Under the pieces are notes generated by a model, which was not told where the DNA came from, searched no databases, and was given only the letters and a program-made list of their open reading frames with translations. Of a DNA stretch of 64,000 bases, positions 10,813 through 19,426 are shown one piece after another; the first letter of the stretch is position 1, and every line of letters begins with the position of its first letter. The position numbers and the translations under genes are program-made. This DNA is from Tetramitus jugosus (taxonomy: Eukaryota > Protista > Heterolobosea), in NCBI GenBank assembly GCA_937625935.1, contig OW569348.1:1-64000 (forward strand). Reading direction: 5' to 3'.

Positions 10813-13222
10813 TCAAAATTCACTGCGAGATTCTGTCCCCTTACTGTCTGATAAGACAAGACGAACGAGGTTGCCAAGTCTCCAAAAGTTGTGTATTTCT
10901 CTTTCCTTATCCCTGCTCGGATTGAACATCTTTGGACAAAAGAGGTCGACCTCCATGTGCTCTTTGGGATTTCTGAATCCGTTCTGGTGTCCTTCATATG
11001 TCTTCACTATAGAATGCACAAGTATGCAATCAATGCCATCGAGTTGGAGCGAATATTTGGTCGCTGTTTCATGTCGAATGATAGGCAAGGGTATTCCTTT
11101 GCCTTGTTGATTCAAATGAATAGTATCTCCATGTTGTGAAATGAGAGGACTGACCTTAAGCAAGTTGTTCAAATCTTCGTATTCTGATGTACCATCCACA
11201 GGCACAATTCTCTTGGAGAGCAAATAGAAACGAGCATCTAATTCATTTTCAGGACCAACCAAAGAAGCACTAAACCACCTGTCGGATGCACAATTCGCTT
11301 TGATGGGCTTCAACGTGTTTGCATCGATTTTGACGACAATCTCAAGGTCCTTGTAGTGGCTGCGAGAAACAAAGCAGAAGGGAAGAGAAAAAGTAGACCT
11401 TTCCTTCACTTTCTTCCCCTTGCCCAACAGAATCAGTCTCTCCACATCTCCTTCCGAATTAATAAATGTACCAAAGGAATCTCTTATTTTCTTATGATGC
11501 TGCTTTGTGCAACTGAAAGTAGTGGTGTTTGTCTTAGTAATTGCTGATCTTCTGAACCCACCTCGCTCGGAATCAAATGGATTATTTTGTTTCTCTGTAG
11601 GGCGGACAACACTATCAAAGGATGAAGCTGGAATGGTTTTCTTCGATCGACTGACTAAATCAAGAAAAGTGTATAGAGGAATATACCTATTCAGGAGACT
11701 AGTATCCACATGGATCAGATAGTATCCTCCAAATCGAATCACCGCTTTCCATTTGTATTCTTCAGATCGACGATGCGCGACTAAACTCAGCTGTCTCTTA
11801 ATGGCATAATAGAATGAGGAGTAGTGAATGGAAAGGTCTTCAACACTGTCAAGAACACATCTATACTTTGGTTGTAAGGCATGTGTATGATGAGAATAGT
11901 TTCCAACAAAAGGTTTGAGACACACCTTCTGAACAGAGCTAGTGGCTCCACAGAATATCAACAAGGGAGATCCTTCGATAAATCGATGAAATGACTGAGA
12001 TGGATTTTGAGAATTGAAGTAACATAGATCTCTCACTAGTTTATGAACCTCAGTAAACTGTTTCGGCGTCGCCTCCACATCCAATGAAAATCTCGCTCCT
12101 TCCCTTCGAATATCTACCCGGGCACCCGTTTCCGTTCTAAAGAAATTAGAAAATGTTTCTTCGGATCCACATATCAATGCAGTTTCTCTCTTTCCTAGCA
12201 GAATAGATCTTGAGACGGGTGTGCTGTCATTTTTCATGATCAACATTAACTGAATATCTTTTGATAGAACAAGACTATAATAGGCAGATAGCATATTGGA
12301 CTCAAATTCAAACGTTTTGAAAGTATGGACGCGATTTCCAATAACAGTAGTTTCGTCTTCGCCATGGCAACTATAATACCTCAAAAAATTCAAGAAACAT
12401 TGAACTTCAACATCACAAGAGAGCTCATCAATGTTCACTTGGTGTATGAAAGTACAATATTCCTCTATTCCCGTTTCTTCACAGTTCTCAACTTCCTTGA
12501 GTACATTATGTTTTAAACAATAGCTAATGAATAACCATATGAGCTCTGATGTAGGTAACACTTGTGCATCGCATCCAACCAAACCCATATTGCGAGCCCA
12601 TGTCGTAAGTAAGAGAAGCAATGCATACATGATCGGCTTTTGCTTGATGTAAGCTCTCAGAAGATAAGTCTTATAAATCCCACTAGCTGAAGCGCATATG
12701 TCGATAGAAACATGATTACACCTTGCCTTAATTATGGGAACAGTAGCGATAACAATGCTAGAAGGTATATTCCTTGAGTCAAATATGCTTTTCTGGTGCT
12801 GTAGAGTATCGAGCGGAGTGCCTTTTTGATGCACCAAGGCTAAGTCAATGTCAGATTCATACAGGTCTTGAAGCAAGACAGCAAATGAACCATGAATGAT
12901 ATACGGTTCACAAGCTGAAAGTAAACGGTCTACTTGTTCTTTTTTTTGAAACAAACATCCAATCTGCTTTTCCCTTTCTTCAACAAAATACCGCTTCAGT
13001 TTCTGCTCCAATAGTGCACTGATTTGTATTGGTTGACTTTCTGGAAGTAATTTGGTCCAAAAATGATTTCCAATCCAAGCAAAACCAAAATATTGAGAAT
13101 TATGACTCTGATAAACAGTGTTGTACCAAGCAACAGCTTTTCGTTGCCTTTCAACTTCATTATTCACACCTCCATAAAAGTAATCTCTAAATGCAGAAAG
13201 TAGTTCATTATATCCAAGAATT
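10813..13222 (-). CDS. 3' part of the RdRP fusion gene: RdRP C-terminal (head) segment + Cid1/TUTase-type nucleotidyltransferase + KH-like domain + unknown C-terminal domain
   Basis: 'RKAVAWYNTVY...FGFAWI' matches the RdRP C-terminal KAxAWY...FxW motif. 'HGSF...ESDIDL', 'VPIIK...SIDIC' and 'LLLTTWAR' match a Pol-beta ncPAP/TUTase. 'ALICGSEETFSNFFRTETGARVDI' is KH-like. The frame stays open upstream of the GTG at 13167 as far as the inversion boundary. Confidence 0.8.
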
Positions 13223-13527
13223 GCGGGATTGGATGACTGGAAAGGATTTCCTCACTTTATGAAGAATAAGGAGGACAATGGATATCATTCAGAGAGTATT
13301 CTGGGACAATTGTTCGATAGGTGTAAATATATCGAGTCATTCCGAGTTCCTATTGTACGATCACACAATTCACTAAATGTTGAGGGTTATCAATCATACA
13401 TGAAAGAAGCTGAGGAATATTTTGTATTGTACAAACACCGAATGGAGAGTCTCTTGCAAGTTTATGAAAACACAACTGAAGAAGACCTTTGGATCAGTTC
13501 TTTTCGACCACTCGATTCTTAATTCTT
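13216..13527 (+). other. Inverted internal segment of the RdRP gene, flanked by 7-bp inverted repeats AAGAATT (13216-13222) and AATTCTT (13521-13527)
   Basis: The plus-strand ORF 13229-13522 encodes 'FPHFMKNKEDNGYHSESILGQLFD...EAEEYF..YKHRMESLLQVY..TEEDL'. This is the RdRP block that normally follows AVDxxKTG, but it lies antisense to both flanking parts of the gene. Confidence 0.88.
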
Positions 13528-16500
13528 TGACTTAGAACAATTTTCTCACCAGTTTTGATTGAATCAACTGCGCTAGAGAATAATCTTGCCAACTCAATAC
13601 AGTCAGCATCCAAAGCTCGTTGGGAACTAAAGTCCATAATGGCCGTGTGTAAATTAGCTATAGTACCCAATGTTTCATTGGATAAACCTTGTACCAAATG
13701 TTCTGCTTTGCTTTTGGAATGACCAACTTGTGTACCGACTTCGTATTCCATTGGAGGATACTCTGAAAAACAAAGTAAATCTTCGTCGTAAAACACTGAA
13801 TACTCATCTCCATCATAGTCAGATCCTGAACACATATTAGAAATGGGTCTATCTCCCTTGGTGCTAAAAACAATCACGTCCTTAACTTCATGAAGACCCG
13901 GGACATCAACCAATTCAACCTTGCGAATATCACCTGGATGGAGATGAGGACTCTTGCAAACAAATGCATGAGTGACTAAAGGATGCTGATCTGTTGAAGA
14001 AGAAAAGAAAAGTTGGTTTGGTTCCAATAATCCTAAGTGATCTGGGACACCCTTGGACATCAGACTTCTTTTGACTAAAATTCGGGCTTTGCTTCGTAAA
14101 TCTGAAACTTGAATGTTAAATATCGCAATTAGTATTTTCTGCACAAAGGGATCACACAAATTGATGTTGCGTGTTGAAATGGAATCGGGGCAAAAAGAGC
14201 TAATAGCTCGAGCTGCAGCATCAGGTTGATAGAACATCTCTTCAAAATCTAATAATTGTTCATTCAGTAAACGCAGGAATGTTGTATCAGGAATGCCCAA
14301 GGTAGATAGTAATCCGATGAGTTGTTGATTCATATGGGCAACTCTGTGACGAGAGTATCCCACAACCCTTATCTGCATGCTCGAACTCTCAAATTTTTTC
14401 ATGCTGGGTCGATACTTGTAATCAACATTGATATCAGCTTTCGTAATCATTCCTTTATGTCCAGCAAAGCGAATTTGAAACGCAGATGGTTTGGAACCGA
14501 GATGACATGCACTCGCTAATTCTGTGCATAATGAAGAAGACATGAGTCCAGCACCATCAGTAAAGTTATAGCAGTCCTTAGTAATATCACCCATCTCATG
14601 CACAGAATCTATTTTAACAGTAGCAACATGGGGAGTGAGTAACAGCCCCTGGTATGCCACTAGTTTAGAAATTGTCTTAATCGTTGAGAAGTCGCCCAAA
14701 GAGCATAAAACTTCTTCTACAGTCTTTCTACTCTGTTCGACATTCCAAAACCATGCATTTCCTTTTCTGAGCTGACTGGGAGTTCCTGCCAGGAAGTGAA
14801 AACGGCTTCCACAAATATCTAGTCCCTCTTCGAAATATTTCTGTAACACAGATTCATTTCTGGGATCATTAGTGAACTTACTCTCTTGATCTTCATCTCG
14901 GAAGTTAACGATCAAGAGATAATCAGAACCATACATTTCAGTGATAGCATTGAATCGCAAGAGTTCTGGTGGATAACATAACACTTGCTTCGGAGTAACT
15001 AACACGCGTCTAACAAACAATAACTGTTCGTAACTATCAATAGTCTCAGAAACAACCTCCCTGAGAGCTTGCGTAGGAGAAATTTCGATATCTCTTCGCA
15101 TTCTTGCTATCATTGATTGACACAACTTGGGATGAATTTCAGGTGGGAGTTGTCTCAGGAAATCAGTTGTTACTCTCATGTCAGAGTTCAAGGGACATAG
15201 AGTCAGTAAGCTCTCTACAAAATATCTCTTCTCAAACCCTAGACCATGTAGTTCCTGTGGCTCGCTATACACATCATCAATTCGCTCAACCTTAATGAAT
15301 TGAACTTTTAGAGCACTACTAGTAATGAAACTACAAAAGTCGAGCACAGACTCCAAATCTTCCTTGCAAAATTTCAGTTCAAGCACACTGCTATTTATAA
15401 TTTTAGAAGATAGAGGACGTCGTGTCATACACAAGTATAATCTAATCTCCTCTAAATTAGTGATATCTACCTTAATCCAATGAGTAATATCTTTCCAATA
15501 AATCTGGACATCTTGTCCCATATTTAAGATAAAGCTGGTTTTTTCGGCAGATATAGCGTAGAGTCCATTTTCTTGCTCTCTCCATCGAAATTTATTCGGC
15601 TCAACAAAAGCTCCCTGACATAACCGAACAAAGTTGAGGGATTTGACCGACATCGTATTGTTCGTCCATAAGATAGGTAGTACGCCTATCTTGATATCGC
15701 AACATATTCGATAAAAGAGCTCCACTGTTGTATCATACATTCCCTCTAGGATATACAATTGTTTTCCAGAAGGTAAACTGGTTTTTAGTGTTAATTTTAA
15801 ACCTTTCTCTATTGGTGATAAAACTTCACAACTATGTGATTGAATAATTTCAAGAGAAATGGCGCATCTATTGAGTATTGGCTTTGGCTGAAACTTGTCA
15901 ATAGAATCTCGAATTAATGATAACTCAGATGACTTCCTCAATCTCTCTACAATCCTATTCATTGCACCTTCATCTTCAAGATAACAAGGTGGTGCATGAG
16001 AATTCGATATGAGAATAAACTGACTGTTCACACTCCTTGCTCTTCCTCTCAATTGTATGAATGACCTCAAAGATAATCGATGATTATCGAACAAGAATAC
16101 GGCGGAACATTTGGAAACATCAAGGCCTTCTTCGATCACACTGGTTGAAATAAGTAATAGGTGATGTCCCGTTCGAAAGTCTGATAGAATTCTTTGTTGA
16201 TCATCCTCCCATGTCATTCCATCAGAGCCATTATGTCCAAACAAAATATTAGGGAACAAAAAATCGCTCAAGTCCTTCTCAGCCCTAAGCAGCTGAAGCA
16301 AAGCTCTACCTGCAATCCTTGTGGTAACAAATATTAATATTCTCTCATCGCGTATTGAATCAAAATGATTCTCTATAAACGTTCGTAGTTCTTGCATTAA
16401 CGCCTCTACTTTTGGAGACTTTTCATTTGGTACATCTTCAAGGAGCTCTTGTGTTTTCATCAATAACTCTGCATCTCCATAAACTCGCATTAGATCGAGC

Positions 16501-17870
16501 ATGACCTCTTTCGACATTTGTGTACCAGCTATTTCAATGAGCTGCAGAGTACTATGTACACATGTTAGTATATCCTCCAGCCCATTCAGTTGCTGTTGAT
16601 AGAACTTCTTTAGAAATCTTAGATATCCAATTTGACAAAAATCTTCATAGGTATGACTATAGCATGGTATTTTCTTCGTCAAAATGGATGTAAAAATAAA
16701 ACTACATTTCTCTTTCAACCTTACTTGATTACTTGTCTCAGCACATGAAATACATCTCAGCAAAGGTTGATCCTTGATAAATGTAACAAAAGAGTCTCTC
16801 TCATGATATGGATAGCGAAAAACACCTCGAAACCTTCGCATTAGATCACAACAATACGAAGCATCCATATCTCCACCAGATGATGGGGATGCTGTCAATC
16901 CCAACAGCATTGGTCTATTCAAACAGGTTTCCACATAGTCCTTAATGATTCGAGCGTATGGATGATCATTCTTTGCATGATGGGCCTCGTCGAATACAAT
17001 AATACTTGCGTGACCCAAACTAAATCGCTGATAACATAACCAATTGTCTAGTAGAAAACCCCCGGTGGTGACTATCACATTGAACTTACACTCCAATACA
17101 TCTTTTGTAATACTCTCTCTCTGTTGTGCGTTCTGACTTGTCCAAGATTGACTACACAACTCAAGCACATGTAGTCCGGTCTCGTTATAAATGTATTCAC
17201 TCTGCTGATAAACAAGAGGAATTGTTGGTACCAAAAATAATGCAATCTTTGTTGGATTCAGCTCAACCATACGCTTGATCGCCAAAATACCCACTAACGT
17301 CTTTCCTGCTCCTGTTGGTAACACTATGATAGAATTTTCTTGCATACTTTCAATAAATAACTCCATTTGATAGCGAGTAGGGATTGTGTTGTTCAATGCA
17401 GGCGGAATAAGATCCCTCTCACATCGAGGTAATTGAACGGCGACTGATTTTGCCTTCATAAGAATTGCTGGTGCTTCAACTGACTCCTGCTGAGATCTCC
17501 CGATGGGGAAAGTGTTCCATTTGAATGTCATCAAATGTTGGCAAGAATCCATCAGAGCTTTAGCGCTTTTGACCTTCAATGAATAGGATGACAGTGTTAT
17601 TCCTTTTTCCACATCGAAGCATAGCAACAGCGAAGAATCAGGACCATCCTTCGACATTGGGCCAAGTTTACGATCACACTGTGAACAATGAATCCAGAAG
17701 GGCAAAAAATTGTTCTTTCCCTCCTTCTTCGAGACCCCTCCTGACTCCAACAATTTTTCTTGACAATGTGGATGGGGAATGAGATGCACACCACCATTTC
17801 CCTTCTCGAAGAAGCAAAGGTCTTGCTCTCGACCGAGAACTGCATCACACTGTTGACATTTGAAACTCAT
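13494..17870 (-). CDS. 5' part of the RdRP fusion gene: Zn-binding RIG-I-CTD-like domain + RIG-I/Dicer-type DExD/H helicase + eukaryotic RNA-dependent RNA polymerase
   Basis: The N-terminus has CQQC...IHCSQCDRKLG. Helicase motifs are LPTGAGKT, FDEAHH, GLTASP, STSVIEEGLDV and FIQLRGRAR. RdRP motifs are FTDGAG, SAFQIRFAGHKG, RPSMKKF, KSPHLHPGDIR, SGSDYDGD (catalytic DxDGD) and AVDSIKTG. Confidence 0.95.
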   Translation of the reverse strand: MSFKCQQCDAVLGREQDLCFFEKGNGGVHLIPHPHCQEKLLESGGVSKKEGKNNFLPFWIHCSQCDRKLGPMSKDGPDSSLLLCFDVEKGITLSSYSLKVKSAKALMDSCQHLMTFKWNTFPIGRSQQESVEAPAILMKAKSVAVQLPRCERDLIPPALNNTIPTRYQMELFIESMQENSIIVLPTGAGKTLVGILAIKRMVELNPTKIALFLVPTIPLVYQQSEYIYNETGLHVLELCSQSWTSQNAQQRESITKDVLECKFNVIVTTGGFLLDNWLCYQRFSLGHASIIVFDEAHHAKNDHPYARIIKDYVETCLNRPMLLGLTASPSSGGDMDASYCCDLMRRFRGVFRYPYHERDSFVTFIKDQPLLRCISCAETSNQVRLKEKCSFIFTSILTKKIPCYSHTYEDFCQIGYLRFLKKFYQQQLNGLEDILTCVHSTLQLIEIAGTQMSKEVMLDLMRVYGDAELLMKTQELLEDVPNEKSPKVEALMQELRTFIENHFDSIRDERILIFVTTRIAGRALLQLLRAEKDLSDFLFPNILFGHNGSDGMTWEDDQQRILSDFRTGHHLLLISTSVIEEGLDVSKCSAVFLFDNHRLSLRSFIQLRGRARSVNSQFILISNSHAPPCYLEDEGAMNRIVERLRKSSELSLIRDSIDKFQPKPILNRCAISLEIIQSHSCEVLSPIEKGLKLTLKTSLPSGKQLYILEGMYDTTVELFYRICCDIKIGVLPILWTNNTMSVKSLNFVRLCQGAFVEPNKFRWREQENGLYAISAEKTSFILNMGQDVQIYWKDITHWIKVDITNLEEIRLYLCMTRRPLSSKIINSSVLELKFCKEDLESVLDFCSFITSSALKVQFIKVERIDDVYSEPQELHGLGFEKRYFVESLLTLCPLNSDMRVTTDFLRQLPPEIHPKLCQSMIARMRRDIEISPTQALREVVSETIDSYEQLLFVRRVLVTPKQVLCYPPELLRFNAITEMYGSDYLLIVNFRDEDQESKFTNDPRNESVLQKYFEEGLDICGSRFHFLAGTPSQLRKGNAWFWNVEQSRKTVEEVLCSLGDFSTIKTISKLVAYQGLLLTPHVATVKIDSVHEMGDITKDCYNFTDGAGLMSSSLCTELASACHLGSKPSAFQIRFAGHKGMITKADINVDYKYRPSMKKFESSSMQIRVVGYSRHRVAHMNQQLIGLLSTLGIPDTTFLRLLNEQLLDFEEMFYQPDAAARAISSFCPDSISTRNINLCDPFVQKILIAIFNIQVSDLRSKARILVKRSLMSKGVPDHLGLLEPNQLFFSSSTDQHPLVTHAFVCKSPHLHPGDIRKVELVDVPGLHEVKDVIVFSTKGDRPISNMCSGSDYDGDEYSVFYDEDLLCFSEYPPMEYEVGTQVGHSKSKAEHLVQGLSNETLGTIANLHTAIMDFSSQRALDADCIELARLFSSAVDSIKTGEKIVLSQRIKNRVVEKN

Positions 17871-18048
17871 CTCTGCGAACCTTTTTTTCTTGCAGAGAAA
17901 GATGGAGTTTTGACATGGAGAAACGTGAGTGTTTCAAGATGTCACCTCCTTCGAATTTTGAAGGAGGGGCAACTATTAATAACATCAGGCTGATTTGTTG
18001 TGGATTTCACAAAAAATCTGATTTGTTCGGGGAAATTAACAAAAGACA

Positions 18049-18951
18049 ATGTCACAACAGGAACGTAAAGTAAAGATTGCCCTAGTTCAGGACAGCTGGC
18101 ACGAGAACCCTGAAGTGCACAAGTCATCTCTCCGCTCCAAGATATTGGAGGCCGCCCAAAAAGGTGCTCAACTCGTCCTGTTGCAAGAATTGACTCTGCA
18201 CAGATATTTTGGAGATTGTGAGAAGGGTGATGAACAGGTGCTTGCTCTGGCTGAGGAGATGTACACTGGCCCAACAAGTGTCTTTTGTTCACAGGTTGCT
18301 CGTGAGGCCAACTGCTATCTCGTTGGAAGTATCTTTGAGAAAAAGGTTTCCGCGGCAGATGGCACCGTGTCCAACTATTATAACACTGCCATTGTGTTCA
18401 ATGGAAATGGAGATTTGCAATTTTTCACAAGAAAGCAGCATATCCCCTCGGGAACAGGGTACAATGAAACCTTTTTCTTTGAATCAGGTGATTCAGACTA
18501 CCCTGTCCATGATCTCGGATTCATCAAACTTGCCACACCAACTTGTTATGATCAATGGTTCCCAGAACTTGCCAGAATATATGCATTGAAGGGTGCTGAA
18601 CTCATCATTTACCCAACTGCTATTGGTTCTGAGCCAAACTTTAAGGACTTTGACTCCAGCACAATGTGGAAGCACATTATAAGCTCTCATGCAATTGCCA
18701 ATGGTGTGTTTGTCGCTGCTATCAACAGAGTAGGATTCGAAGGTTTGATCACCTTTTATGGTAACTCTTTTGTTTGTGACCCAACAGGAAAAGACATTGT
18801 CCATGCTTCACGTGATCAACCTGAAGTGTTAGTTGCTGAATTAGACTTTAAGGTCTTTGAGTTCTGGCGTGGATTGTTTCCTCTATTGAAGCAAAGACAA
18901 CCAGAAACCTATAAAGTTTTGTGCGAGCCAAGAAGCGAAAGCCTCGAGTAG
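18049..18951 (+). CDS. aguB: Carbon-nitrogen hydrolase, N-carbamoylputrescine amidase-like
   Basis: Nitrilase triad motifs LQEL, RKQHIP and TCYDQWFPE, plus the subfamily motif YPTAIGSEP. Confidence 0.85.
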   Translation: MSQQERKVKIALVQDSWHENPEVHKSSLRSKILEAAQKGAQLVLLQELTLHRYFGDCEKGDEQVLALAEEMYTGPTSVFCSQVAREANCYLVGSIFEKKVSAADGTVSNYYNTAIVFNGNGDLQFFTRKQHIPSGTGYNETFFFESGDSDYPVHDLGFIKLATPTCYDQWFPELARIYALKGAELIIYPTAIGSEPNFKDFDSSTMWKHIISSHAIANGVFVAAINRVGFEGLITFYGNSFVCDPTGKDIVHASRDQPEVLVAELDFKVFEFWRGLFPLLKQRQPETYKVLCEPRSESLE

Positions 18952-19034
18952 ACTCCCACGTTGATGTGCTTTCAGTCATGGAATAAAATATCCACTGCCT
19001 CTCACAACCTCACACAAAAAACAATCAAAGATCA

Positions 19035-19387
19035 ATGATTAGCGCGTTCTTTGGTAAGAGTTGGTTGTTGCTTGCTTCGTTGGGCGTGGTCAGACTCATT
19101 AAAGATCATCTCACCACTGATCCATCTGCTGTCGCAAACAAAGCAAACGAAGAAAATCTAAAGCAGAACATTGAGCATGTTTCTTCTGCCAATGAAGATC
19201 CTCACAAGTTGATCTCGACAATCAGATACACCGGTAACGAATTGTAAGTTTTAATATGTGCAACACGCTTGTTTGTTGCCCTAAGCTAACTCTCCTTTTG
19301 TGTTATTACACACTTGACAGAAAGGAACCTGTCATGCCAACCGGTGTTCGATGTTTTTCAGGTGCTCTCTATGCTTCAAAACTTTGA
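19035..19387 (+). CDS. Small two-exon protein (~91 aa) ending in SKL; intron 19244-19320
   Basis: GTAAGT donor at 19244, CTAAC branch site and CAG acceptor at 19320. The spliced frame continues LKEPVMPTGVRCFSGALYASKL*. Confidence 0.65.
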
Positions 19388-19426
19388 GCTACTTTTCAAA
19401 GTAGAATTCTCACTGGGTGATAACAG

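Noticed and set aside
12480-12900. cGAS/OAS-type signalling nucleotidyltransferase
   Set aside because: The surrounding motifs (VPIIK, IDI, WAR, followed by an 'SxxL..L.I.Y' helix) fit Cid1/Trf4/TUTase better. It is not formally excluded without a profile search.
13229-13522. Independent small plus-strand gene
   Set aside because: It starts at TTG and consists wholly of an internal RdRP block; it is explained by the inversion.
13494-17870. Dicer, or a viral RdRP/endogenous virus
   Set aside because: No RNase III or PAZ motifs are visible. The polymerase has the cellular DxDGD double-psi-barrel signature, not a viral GDD palm motif.
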